A stretch of 56,426 bases of DNA, taken from Chara braunii. Its lineage: Eukaryota > Plantae > Charophyceae. Below the pieces are notes generated by a model. The model was not told the DNA's origin, ran no database searches, and saw only the letters and a list, made by a program, of their open reading frames with translations. The position numbers and the translations under genes were made by a program. Below are positions 13,615 through 25,165 of the stretch, piece by piece (positions within the stretch are counted from its first letter, which is position 1; every line of letters starts with the position of its first letter). Where the stretch lies: assembly GCA_003427395.1 (NCBI GenBank), contig BFEA01000031.1:2607737-2664162 (forward strand), read 5' to 3'.

Positions 13615-15126
13615 TCTTGATACTGCGTGGGTTGCTTGTCGCTCCTGCTTGTGGTTGTTATGTTGATCTCTCCAGTCTGGCATATCACACACAGGTGCCG
13701 TTTGCGATTGTTGCTCAAATTGTAGAGTCTTCAGGTCACATGTCATAGGTCATGGGAGTCTGGCTTGGGACTTTGGAGGGGTTCTTGTCCAACTTGGCCT
13801 GTCATCTCTTCAACGAACACATAGTACCCTCTACATAGTACTTCACATATCTGGCCTTCGGGCACATACATCTCACTATATACTTACACAGAGCACACAT
13901 AACCTTCGGGCAGACACAAACATTGCTCTTGAACATATATGCCCTACGGGCTCATACAAACATACATAGCCTTTGGGCACACATATACACACAGCTATAA
14001 TACCGGGCTGGGAGGGTCTATCAGGTATATGACGGGGTCTACTCATGCATGGCTAAGCTCTAGGGTAGGGTAGGGATATAAGTCGCTCCGGCTAGTCTGA
14101 GTTACGCCTAGCCTTGGGTAAGCTAGGGGAAGGAGGGTAGGATGTGTCCGTGGGCGCTGGCTTGCCTTTCTTAGGTACTCCTGCTGGGTAGACTCTCTGA
14201 ATTGGGCCCGTAGAAGATTGCATGAGCTTGGAGTCCGAAGTTCCCGTACGGCAAGGTTCGTCCGCTTGATATAGCTCAGTGGTTAGAGCACCGGTTGGCA
14301 ATGCCCATAGTGGTATGAGGTTGCGGGTTCAAATCTGCAGTCTTGCACATGTACACCGACAGGGCATTAGAATGACGCACGGCTCGACACACACCCCCTT
14401 GGGCTGACGCTATTACAGACACTGCTTGCGCACCAACCGAGGGTTGTCCACGGTGCTGTATGTCGGGTCTTGATACTGCGTGGTTGCTTGTCGCCGTCGC
14501 TTGTGGTTGTTCTGTTGATCTCCCCAGTCATATCACACACAGGTGCTGTTTGCGATTGTTGATCAAATGGTAGAGTCTTCAGGTCACATGTCATAGATCA
14601 TGGGTTCGAGTCTGGCTTGGGACTTTGAGGGGATTCTTGTCCAGCTTGGCCTTTCATCTCTTCAACGAACACATAGTTCCTTCTACATGGTACTACACAT
14701 ATCTGGCCTTACCTTTGGGCACGTACATCTCACTATACACTTACAAAGTGCACACATAGCCTTCAGGCAGACACAAACATGGCTCATGAACATATATACA
14801 CATAGCCTACGGGCTCATACAAATATACATAGCCTCTGGGCACGCATATACACACAACTATGATACCGGGCTGGGGAGGTCAGGTATATGTCATGGTCTA
14901 CTCATGCATGACTTAGCTCTAGGGTAGGGTAGGGATATAAGTCGCTCCGGCTAGTCCAAGTTCCACCTAGCCTTGGGTAAGTTAGGGGAAGGACGGTGGG
15001 ATGTGTTCGTGGGCGCTGGCTTGCCTTGCTTAGCTACTCCTGTTGGGTAGACTCTCTGAATTGGGCCTGCAGAAGATTGCATGAGCCTGGTGTCCGAAGT
15101 TCCTGTACGACAAGGTTCGTCCGCTT
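13615..15126 (+). repeat. ~650-bp direct repeat pair (13615-14267, 14468-15126) around a 200-bp spacer
   Basis: Both copies run from TCTTGATACTGCGTGG.. to ..GGTTCGTCCGCTT with clear colinear similarity. Confidence 0.85.
14271..14346 (+). repeat. tRNA-derived (Pol III A/B box) sequence, not a functional tRNA
   Basis: TAGCTCAGTGGTTAGAGC (A box) and GGTTCAAATC (B box); no proper acceptor stem. Confidence 0.6.
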
Positions 15127-15184
15127 CCGCTTCCACTAGGGCTGGGGGGTTGGCCCGACCTTGGTGCTTGTCACTGCCGTCAGG

Positions 15185-15415
15185 TCCAAGTTGCCCTCGA
15201 TACTGGTAGGGTGATGGTCCTGAGTGCTGGTCACACTGAGGAAGGATAGTAGGGACAGGGGGTGCGCTGGGAGTATTAACGTGGGGATGGGTAGGGTAGG
15301 TGGCCTATCCTGTCAGAACAACCATTGGCTGCTGCAGCCAGCAATCACTGCGGGTCTTGTCCTTGGCCTCTACAACACCCTGAACTTTTCAAAAAGAAAA
15401 AAGAAAACAAAAGAC
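15185..15415 (+). repeat. Poly(A)-tailed retroposed repeat (3' end of another SINE/LINE family)
   Basis: Homologous to 39704-39917 on minus (GGTAGGGTGATGGTCCTGAGTG..GGCCTCTACAACACCCTG.ACTT then A-tract). Confidence 0.7.
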
Positions 15416-16682
15416 TTTTTTTTTTTTTTTTTTTTTGGGAAAACATCGCCCTGTCGTGGATCATGCTAATGGAGGTGATAGGAGCACCCTCCATTAGCAG
15501 ACCCCGTTTTTGATGGCTCCATCTATCAGTGGGCGGCAGCACCTGCTGGAAAGCGGGACCAGCGTCCCTTCATACATTTTACATAACTTAAAGCAATGAC
15601 AGTTCTACTTGAAAGCCTTCTGCTGCATTGTTCGCAGGATAAACACCTCATGTTAGTTCATTCCTATGAGTTTCATCTGCAAGTTCACACACTCAGTTAA
15701 CCTGATGAGCGCTTTCTTGTTAAACCCTCATGTCTGACAAACCCTCAACCCCATGGATCCCGACAACATTGGTTTCCTTAAAGCACCAGTACATGGGCAC
15801 CTGGGTTGCAGGTCTGACACCTCAAATTCTTGAGGCGCGAAATGAAAACTGATCGAATTTAGCAACGACCGGCCCCGGGTTCGGCGTTTCTGCCTCGTTT
15901 TCTTGTGGCGACAAGTTTCGGACTGCAAGGCCGGGGCCGTGTACTAGTGGTTTAACCCCATCTGTTCGGTATCACCCGATCCCTTGTCCTTTCACCGTGT
16001 CCATCCTTCCTCCTATGCTGGATTTTGTTGTTACTGTTGTCCCCTTGCTGTCTATCCTTAACCCCTCAATTCCTTCATTCCCTCCAGGCCCTACAGCACA
16101 GGCAGTCCTGTCATCTATCCCTGTGGCTTTCTGGTGTTCGCTAGTTGTTACTCTTTACTCAGGTCATCCCAGTTGACTGGACGGGGTTTGACTCTTAGGG
16201 GAGGAGGGGCAAACAAAGGGTCAGGATAGGGAGAGGGACAGTGCGCGGGTTTTAGGAGAAAGGGGGGGCGGGGGGGGGGGGGGGGCGGCTGCTGGGGAGC
16301 GTGGATGGAGGTAAGGGGTGGGTGTTGGTTTGATCTATTGGACAGGGGGAGGGGGNGGGGGGGGGGGGGACAAAGTTTTGCTCTTGGTAGGGGACGCGGA
16401 AATGAGATCACGGGAGTCGCTCCCATGCCGGTTCCTCCGTCGCCCACCTATGCCAGATCAGGTTGTTTTGGTCATCCAATGTGACCAACTTCCTGTTTTT
16501 GTCCAGCCATATGGCCTCGAACAGATCTTTACCCTGTTGCCTCTCATTCTGGTCTTTTGCATATCCGAGGTCCTTTTTAAGTTGCTTCCAAGCTGCTTGA
16601 GTATGGTTGGTGTTTGTTGTAATCGCCACCTCCCTTGCTGTAGTAGCCGAAGAAGCACTTGTCTCTTTCATGGGAGCAACAC
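15416..16682 (-). mobile_element. Non-LTR passenger element ending in module + H3 + poly(A), with a non-RT ORF remnant
   Basis: Poly(T) 15416-15436, H3 15464-15499, module 15515-15569; upstream minus-strand ORF 16408-16682 (AAWKQLKKDLGY..WLDKNRKLV..) with no RT motifs. The 5' extent is inferred. Confidence 0.55.
15778..15955. mobile_element. TTAA-flanked MITE (piggyBac-like)
   Basis: TTAA-AGCACCAGTACAT ... GTGTACTAGTGGT-TTAA, imperfect TIRs (10/13). A related terminus TTAA-ACCACCAGTAC occurs at 34947. Confidence 0.45.
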
Positions 16683-18916
16683 TGTGACGCCCTAACCTCA
16701 CGCCCAACACGACTTCCTGTTTCGGAGTGATAATGGGCAGGGAAGTGCGAAAAAGGGGGTGTGCCAAGGATTTTAGGAAATTGTGGTGGAGTCCCAGGTT
16801 AGAACTGAAATCTCCGGTGTCAAGAGTTAGGGATAAAAGTGCAAATGTTCCGGTGAAGAGGCGGGTTCAAGTCCTCATTTTTTTTAGAACCGTCGGCCTT
16901 GCCTTCGGGGCCTGGTCTTGACTCGATGTTCAGACAGGACGTGATCACTGTACCTTTGTTCGAACACGCGTCTCTTGTGGGCGTCATAGTTCTCAGAATC
17001 CGATGCCGCCGGCCACAGCCTTAGGCTGCGAAGCGACATCTTGTGGCAGTTCGAGCGTGGGATTGCGGGCCAATCGTTCTTTGTCTGGCAAGGGAATTCG
17101 GGTCACACGGGCTGCGTTCTTCGTGTGTTTAAACCAATACACCTCGAACTCGGGATCTCTCAAAGCCTCGCACTCCGTGACTCGAAAAGAGACCTGGACG
17201 TTCATTCTTCATCCCGGATTTTGCCAGCCATATGACCCGGCAATGGTTCGGTCGGAGGGGACTCCTGCTGGCACGCGCATCCGTGACGGTCGTCTTATGC
17301 GACAATCCCTAGTATGCGCATGTGCACATGAGTGATCCCTCAGTGTCTCTAAATCCTATCTCCGAGAGCCGTGATTTTCCGACCCGCAGCTCCTACCGCC
17401 TGCCAACAGATTGGGCGTTCCAATAGTACTTACGTGTAACCAGGACGGAATGACTTGTGCGGACGCGTGCATGGAGGACAACTGCATTAATCGCTCGTAT
17501 GAGCGAACACGCATAATGCATCCCGACTGGTGGCGCATGCTGGCGATAAAGGCTACCTTACCCCCCCTGATCAATCAACTTCTGCAAGCGAGATGAGATG
17601 GCGGATTCCAGACCCATGCAACGATTACGAAAAGTTCTTCCATCATACATGCATCGACAGATCTAGTAAGATCACGCCCGTGGGTTTTACCCAGACCAAT
17701 TCCAAAATCTACTCCTGATTAGCGAGCATTTCAAAAATAGCATCGTATAGATCGAAACACACCAAGGGAGGCAAATAAATAAGGGAGAAGAGACAGACTC
17801 ATGCATCCATACTCAATAAACAACAAACCCGAAATATAGTTGTGCGCAAAAACTGATCATGGTCAAAAATCAAAATTATACAGAGGGTTGAAGAAGAATA
17901 CACCACACCGCCAACCCTTTGTTCTCTCTCTCTCTCTTTCTCTCACCCTCTTCCCGATGCGGGCAGTCCGTCGCCTCGCACCTACCATCAACCCGAAGTT
18001 GTCACCCTGCTTAGCCCGAGCATGCAAGCCAGGTTCGCCCGTGTGCCATAGTCCTTCACGACCACACGTCAGCCTCGCATGCTTGGTGCCAGCCCGTCGG
18101 ATCGCCCAACTCCTCACTCCCCTTTCTGGCCCTGCCCGTTAGCCGATCCTCTCGACCGCGCTAACTTTAAGTCTGATTAGAGAGCAAGTTAATCGCGCTT
18201 GCAGGATTTATAACCTTTGCATCTGCGTGCGATAACCGGGATTGTGTCGGGGTGGAGGGAGAAGGAAGGAAGGAAGTGTCAACGACTGCATGGCCAGGTC
18301 ATGGCGTGGGGGACGTAGCCACTCTCCACGCATCGATCCAGTCATGAATCGTTTTGGCCAATGGGATAGAGGAAAAAAGAGCATGTAAAGGCGCGAAGGA
18401 GTCAAGGAAGGAAGATTATTGTTATGCCTACGCCTGCCAAGACGAGATTACAGTTACAACAAGTATTAAGGCGCGGGCTGCCAAGAACGCAGAGCCAACC
18501 ACAGTAATGCGCGCGCAAGCAAGAATCATTGCGTAGTTGTAGGCGAAAATTCCAGCGCACCCAAACTCCCCTTAATCAAAATCCTAATTGCAAAAAGGAA
18601 ATTCCGAGAATGCTCACGGCTCCACACACATTCAAAATTCGAAAAAGATTTCCCTCCGCGCGCCAATCGCACCAAAAAGCTGCCCGTACTCCCAAGAAAG
18701 AGAAAGAAAGTGAAAGAAACTGTCGTTGTTCCCCTCTTTCCCCGCGCTCGCTAAGGCGCGGGCCATCTACATGATTTCTCTTAAGATCCCCCCCAAAAAG
18801 GAAATGAAAAAGCAACCAAAAGCAAGGGCATTCATGCAATTTATTCCTAACCCCGTTTGCATGCCCCCAAGCTATTCGCGCAGGAAATAACGCGTCTCAT
18901 AAAAGAATTCGTCACA
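16683..18916. mobile_element. TG..CA-bounded LTR-like unit (2.2 kb)
   Basis: Perfect 7-bp terminal inverted repeat TGTGACG / CGTCACA. It interrupts the ORF at 16682. No TSD found. Confidence 0.55.
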
Positions 18917-19045
18917 TATGTGACACCCAGGGGGTTCCAATTTGTGCAAGCTCCCTCTTGCACCTGTATGCGCTGAGGATTTGGCACGTGTCATACCGTC
19001 GAATAGGAGTGTGGAAGTCATCCTTTCGACACGTGTCACTTGTAC

Positions 19046-19666
19046 TTAAAGAAGTTCCGGAGCTGGGTAGGGGAGTGTGAGGACAGTTGGTGGAAGTGGA
19101 GGGGGTTGCTGCGGGAGCGGGGGTAGAAGGTAGGTAAGATCTTGCGCTGATCCAGGGAGATCGATGTAGCGGATGGTGTGATGGACACACGGGAAGCGTT
19201 CATTATGATGAGGGAGGGAAGCAAGATAGTCGGGGTAGAGGGTAGACATAGTGCGGATGACAGATGCTTTAAACTTCTCGTAATCTGCACATGCGGGGTT
19301 CGGCCCCGTAATCGTGCAGTACAACTCAACGTTGTAGAACAACCTCCATGCTGCACTAAAGAGGTGGATATGAAGACGAAAGGAGGAGTGAAGGGATCGC
19401 GTGGTTGGGTGGGGGTGAATGGTGGCGATTAGCCTAGTGGAGTAAAGTTGATGGAAGAGGGGACGAGAGAAAAGGTTCACGGAAATAGGAATCGGAGTTT
19501 CGATCTGGTGGAAGGTGATGTAGTCAAGGGGACGAAGCCCAATTTCCCGGAGCGCTACGTGCTCGAAGAACCGGTCTTGGGGAGGGGGAGCGAGAGCGGC
19601 TTCGTCGGTGTCGTCGCGTACTGGGTCCGACTGCTGCTGTGCTGCCAGGCCGCTCATCTTCTTCAC
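19046..19666 (-). CDS. Second accessory ORF (206 aa), or frameshifted continuation of the previous ORF
   Basis: Open frame starting at a GTGA overlap with the previous stop; globular-looking core followed by a Pro-rich tail. Confidence 0.4.
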   Translation of the reverse strand: MKKMSGLAAQQQSDPVRDDTDEAALAPPPQDRFFEHVALREIGLRPLDYITFHQIETPIPISVNLFSRPLFHQLYSTRLIATIHPHPTTRSLHSSFRLHIHLFSAAWRLFYNVELYCTITGPNPACADYEKFKASVIRTMSTLYPDYLASLPHHNERFPCVHHTIRYIDLPGSAQDLTYLLPPLPQQPPPLPPTVLTLPYPAPELL

Positions 19667-20526
19667 TTGGCGGTTCCGGATCCCGTGTGGGATCGTCTCG
19701 TGGTATCCGACGCTGGTCCCACACCCTGGCCGATCACCCGTTTTCCCTCGGCGATCTCCCTTCGCTTCCGTTCTACGACGGCGGGATCTTCCTCCTGCCG
19801 ACCTTGGCCTTCTTCTCCCCGTTCCTCCTCCTCTTCGCTAGATCGCTCTGGCTCCTCCTCGGTATGTTCACCATCCTGCTCCTTACTGGACTCCTCCTCA
19901 GTGTTGCCTCCCTCCTCTTCTTCTTCCGAACTCTCTTCCTCCACGGACGTAGGAGCAATCAAATATCTGCACTCGTAGAACAAGTCGATAACCACCTCTT
20001 GGATTTCCAGGTAGTTTCCAGTCGAGGGGTAATAGCAATTATCCGGATCTGATTCCAAGAACGCCGACCACTTTAGGTACGACGCCAAACTCCTTATTAA
20101 GATGTGCGGCGCGGGGCTGTCGTCGTGGCACGAGATGATGTCCAGTGGCAGATCGTTGACGAGCTGAGTCAGCAATACCAGCAGTTCTCCATAGGTTGGG
20201 GGGAGATGATCTTTCTCTACTGTCCCGAAAACTAGCCCCAACAGATCGCCTTCTACATCCGTCCTCCACGCCTGCACGACGAGCAATTCCACTTCGTCTT
20301 CTCCTCTTTCTGACCCTGCGTCAACGCTGGCCCAGCGGAAGGTGATTTCCTGGAGGCACAGAAAAAGCGCTGCGTAATCACTCCACCAATCCTGCCAATG
20401 CTCGTCGCCCAGAAGAGAGACTTTGAGTTGGCGCATGCGGGCAGGAAGGCAAGGGAGGAGCGCCGACTGCCAGAAGAGAGGGAAGTTAGAAGGGAGACTG
20501 AACAACGAGAAGCGATGAGCACTCAT
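19663..20526 (-). CDS. Accessory ORF of unknown function with Trp-rich N-half and Glu-rich tail (287 aa)
   Basis: Open frame whose ATG overlaps the upstream TGA (ATGA at 20523-20526). Confidence 0.55.
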   Translation of the reverse strand: MSAHRFSLFSLPSNFPLFWQSALLPCLPARMRQLKVSLLGDEHWQDWWSDYAALFLCLQEITFRWASVDAGSERGEDEVELLVVQAWRTDVEGDLLGLVFGTVEKDHLPPTYGELLVLLTQLVNDLPLDIISCHDDSPAPHILIRSLASYLKWSAFLESDPDNCYYPSTGNYLEIQEVVIDLFYECRYLIAPTSVEEESSEEEEEGGNTEEESSKEQDGEHTEEEPERSSEEEEERGEEGQGRQEEDPAVVERKRREIAEGKRVIGQGVGPASDTTRRSHTGSGTAK

Positions 20527-22746
20527 TGGGGCCGCACAAAGGGGATGAGCACGGGAAGGATTACCTCTGGCTTAGACCGCCAAGCCCGTATCCCGTGGAT
20601 GTCGATGTTGTTGCTGTCCACCACGTTATCTCCTTGCCTTGTGAGGAGCAATTTGCAGGCTTCGATCAGACCGGATGCCCAATCCCGTTGAGAAGATAGA
20701 AGAGCTAGGTGTACTCGTTCATTGACCGTGGTGATGTCCCCAGTGAAGGAAACGATCACCGAGATGTGGCTGGTACCCGACGCAGAGAGTCGTACGAATG
20801 CTGATGCCTCAGCCAGCACCCTGGATTGGCTGTTCTCCTGAACGAAGCAGAATTTGGCCGTCGCGTGTACACTGGCCGTGCTGAAGAATTGTGCAAATTG
20901 TAGAAGATCCAGACTGAGACGCGGATGATGCACCTGCCGTATTTGTCGAAATGTGCCCCCGAGGTACCAGCATATGCTCCCTGAGTACTTGCTCTGTGGA
21001 AAAGCTCATGGCGACGTAGACAGAGTAGGGGATGGGAGTTCTAGAGATGGAGAAGAAAGGGGATCAAGCTCGCCGTCTTCCCAATCGGAGAACGCGGGAG
21101 ACTCAGAAGAAGATGGGGGAGAGGAAGCAGACATATGACGAAGATAGGACACGTGGCGGACGATGGGGCGGGCGGATCGGCTTCCCGACACCTCAGGAGC
21201 CAGGCGCACCGTGTTCACGCCGTTGGGTCCGAGCTCGATCACAAGGAAACACCCGAAGAATCATGGTGCTAATTTTCCCTGGCGAGCACATTTCCTCACT
21301 TGCACTTTGTCCCCTAATTTATACGGGGGCCGTGGACCCGCATTCCCATTTCGGGCCTCCTAGCTACGGACTTGCCGTCCGTGAGCCAATCCGGTCATCC
21401 GTTGGCGCTTCCGAACTAACCAGGGGAGGGACCGTTCCATCAGTTTCAGGTGTCGCTTGGCTTTTTCTCGGGCCGTGGCCCTTGTTGGTCGTCGTCCTAG
21501 GGTCGATTCATCATTTAGGCTCGGTACCGGGACACATGCTAGGTTATTGGTCCGTAACTGAAACGGGGACAATCCGGTAGACTCGTGTGGGGTACTCCGA
21601 TGGATGACCAAGATGTGATCTACGATATCGGGGTATATCTCTGGCCACGAGGTTTCGTCAAATCGCTGTTTTGATCACCCGGTTTGCATTCTCTACGAGG
21701 CCGTTCGATTGTGACATATGCGGGGTGGTATGACGGATGAAGACGCCATGAAGGACCAGGTTCCTCATGACCTCTCCTCGAAATTCTGCTCCATTGTTTG
21801 TAAGGATTTCCTCGGTATCCTGATGCATCCCGAGGAAATGGTTGATATACCGCGCTATCTCCACCGTCCGTCCCGTCCTACAAGGGTAGGCCTTAAGCCA
21901 TTTCGAGAAATGATCCACGAAAACTAGGAGAATTGAATATTCGCAGCTATTAGGTCCAGGGGGCACGACGATATCCGTCGTGTCCATGCTTACTCTCTGG
22001 AACAACCGTTCGACTACTGTGGGTACTATCGACCTAGGGGGTTGGACCGGCGCTTTATCCGCCGCACAGACGAGACAATTTTTAACAATAAGTTTAACAT
22101 CATCCCTGATATTCGACCAGTACCATTCATTCTTGTCAATAGTCGCCTCCGTAATCCTTAAGGCAAAATGTGCAGCTATTTCCTTGTGGGTTGACCGGAC
22201 CCAGTCCTACCGCATGAACGGATGCGAAATCGACATCCAGATTCCGCTCCCGTCTGTTTTTCGTTTTTCCAACCGTCCTTCATTCCACCTATAATCTCTT
22301 GCCCGCTCATTGGCCTGCCTCCGATCTTCCTTTGAGAATTCTCGGAGCGAGTTTCCTTTGAAAATTCTCAGAGCGAGTTTCCTGCTACCGTAGCTATCAA
22401 GATGGCATTTGTCCATACTTCAACCCTTCTAAACCATCGGGTCTTTTCTAGGCTTCAGAGGTGGTCTCCAAAAAACGGGGCTCTGTTGGAATCTTATCGG
22501 TCGGACACAGCGGGCAAAGCCATGACCTCTGGGAATTTCGGTACTGAATGCACGACCCGTGTGCCCGTGAAACACACTTGGAACAATCTACCCAGTCTAC
22601 GTATCCCTCTCTGTATGGTTGCATCGACACTGAATAGACTCTCGAGATAGATTCACAAAAATAGCAAAATTGATCAGGTAGAGAGAAGAGAAGGTAGAGG
22701 TAGGGGAGGGAGGAGCATCACCGTTACCTCCGTCATGAGTCGCCAT
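20523..22746 (-). pseudogene. Ty3/gypsy integrase with long C-terminal extension (separate ORF from RT)
   Basis: H..H..CLVC zinc finger; FQRVSMD..FVDHFSKW..TNNGAEF..QSNGLVENAN core; TGLSPF and YKLGDKV..GKLAP (GPY/F-like). The same frame continues through an S/E-rich linker to ..FVRPQ* at 20523. Candidate ATG at 22746, 11 nt after the RT-RH stop. Confidence 0.85.
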
Positions 22747-22757
22747 GTTATAACGTA

Positions 22758-24440
22758 TTACTTTGCAGTCGGTTGAGCGATCACCGATACCTGCCTGTAC
22801 CCAAGCCCTTCGGTCTGCTTCGACTCCTTCCACGGTGTGATCTCTCCTCCCTTCGGCACCTTGCCCGGTCTGTGCAGACGTGTCAGTCCGTCCACATTCC
22901 CGTATTTCTCCGTCTTACGATGGACTATGTCAAAATCGTATTCCTGCAATCGTACCGCCCATCGCCCGATCATTCTTGTGTAATTAATCAACTTCTTGAG
23001 TGCCAGCAACGGTTCATGATCGGTGACGAGAAGGAACTTCTGCCCATACAGGTATAGGTGAAAATGTTGGATGCCCCAAACCACCGTGTAGCATTCCCCT
23101 TGAGGCGCCGAATTGTTCTTCTGCTCGTCTGGCACCGTCCGGGAAGCATACTCAACAACGTGCTCGCGACCGTCCTTCCCCTTCGGCGCCAAGATGGCGG
23201 AAATCGCTTCAGGCTGCAAGTTCGTGATGAGGATGAATGACTTCCTAGGATCCGGACGAATTAAAATGGGCGCGGAGGCTAGGGCCTCCTTCAAGGTGGA
23301 GAAGGCCCGTTCTCATTCCTCGTCCCAGGTTAATGGTTGGTCCTTTCGCAGAAGATTGGTCAAGGGTCGTGCGATTGCCGCAAAGCCCTTGAAAAATCTA
23401 CGGTAGTAGGAAGTCAGTCCCAGGAAGGGCCGAACCTGCGTTAGAGATGTAGGTGTGGGCGCGTCCCGAACCACGTTCACTTTTCGCGAGTCCGACAACA
23501 AGCCTCACCAAGTTACCACGTACCCGAGGAAGGAGGTCTCCGAAAGGAAAAACTCGCTTTTCGCCAGAGCGATGTTGAAGCCCGCATCTCGCAGCGCTCC
23601 AAGTCTTCATTCGATATGTTGTGCATGTCCGTGAAATGATTATGAATACACCAGGATGTCGTTCATGTACACGATGACGCAAAAGTTCACCATTCCTTGT
23701 GTCAGCCGAGTCTTGTTAACGAAGTTCTGAAAAGTCACGTTCATTGCCCTTTGAAACGTAGCTGGAGCATTTCAAATACCCATAGGACAACGAAGCCATT
23801 GCCACGTGCCTTCAAACAATACGAATGTCATTTTCGGACGATCTTCTTCCTTAACCAATATGTGATGGAACCTGTGACGGATATCAAACTTGCTAAAATA
23901 ATTAGCACATCCAATCGCATCCAACAAACCATCAATCCGGGGTAGGGGGTACATATCCTTGATTGTGATATCATTCAATTTCTGGTAATTGATGTAAATG
24001 CGAATGGATTCGGTCTTTTTAGAGACTAAAACCACATGGAAGGACCATGGGCCTGTGGCGGGCTCAATCCAGCCGTTGGCCTCAAATTCACTGATCCGCT
24101 CCAAGGTCGTTCGTCTTTCAACTAACGAATATCGGTACGATTTACAGTGGATCGGCGAGTGGGTGCCAGTCTGGATCTCGTGCTGTATGACTTGGGACAA
24201 CTCGATGTCTGCATCCTCGATGCTAATCGCCTCCTGATATTCAGACAAAATGTCAGCAACGAGTTTGTGTATTTCGTCAGGCACATATTTCAGTACATGC
24301 AGTTCGTAGTAGCAGTCCCGTATTGCTATCGGTAACTGTTTTATCCAGGTAGCGGGGGTCTTCCTCTTAGGTGGGGATAATATAAACGAATTGTCGGAAC
24401 GCCACGAAAAGACTGTGGCGATCATCTGAGCTTCCTCCAT
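22758..24440 (-). pseudogene. Ty3/gypsy reverse transcriptase-RNase H
   Basis: HEIQTG..PI..YRYS, GWIEP..PWS, YPLPRIDGLLD..FSKFD, CPMG, VYMNDIL, FLGLTSYYRRF, LASAPIL, YASRT, QGEC..VVWGIQHF, VTDHEPL, RWAVRLQEYDFDIVHR..DGLTR. Confidence 0.9.
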
Positions 24441-24763
24441 AATTAAAATAATAAACCAGCAAAAATCATAACTATACAAAAAACACACAAACACAAAAGG
24501 TAAAGGTAAGGATAAAAATAAAATAACAAAAGATTGACGCATCCTCTCACTACCCCCCGATATTTATAGACTCACACGGAATAAAAACCTCCAACTCTGA
24601 AATATGACCCTCGGCCCCAAACGTATACAACATAAAGCTAAGAAACCTATATACCATAAAGGCCACCCCCCGCATTTCGGTTATGGGTCAATAGGCCCCA
24701 GGACAATCAAAACGTACAATCAAAGTAAGCCAGATCTAGACTCACATGCACAATAGGCCCCCT

Positions 24764-24764
<1 letters not shown>

Positions 24765-24850
<86 letters not shown>
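24765..24850 (+). repeat. (CA)n microsatellite
   Basis: Uninterrupted CA run. Confidence 0.95.
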
Positions 24851-24855
<5 letters not shown>

Positions 24856-25165
24856 TAGCAATCAGGAAAAAATGAAGAAAAAAAAAATATATATTTTTTT
24901 ATGGTGTTTCTTTTGATTTTAATACTTGTTTGTTTCGTTTTCTATTTTTAAAAATAGCAAAAAGCATCAAAATCCAAAAACAAAAATATGGGGATGTAGG
25001 GAATTTCAAACCCTACAACCCCCTCTTCTTTTTTTTTTGCCTTTTTTTTTTTTTTTTTAAATCCCCGGGTTTCATGCCTGCAGTCGGTCGCGGGGGTCGA
25101 TCGCCGCGGGCGGGGTCCCGACCGCATGCAGAAAAAAACCCGCCGTTATGCCCGTGGATGATACA

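Larger units (their letters stand above)
18919..25165 (-). mobile_element. Ty3/gypsy-related unit with RT-RNaseH, integrase and accessory ORFs, but no gag, protease, PBS or paired LTRs
   Basis: Termini TGTGACACCC / GGATGATACA (imperfect IR). TATAAATA on minus at 24561-24568, ~120 nt upstream of the RT ATG. The right end truncates a foreign gag at 25166. Confidence 0.65.
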
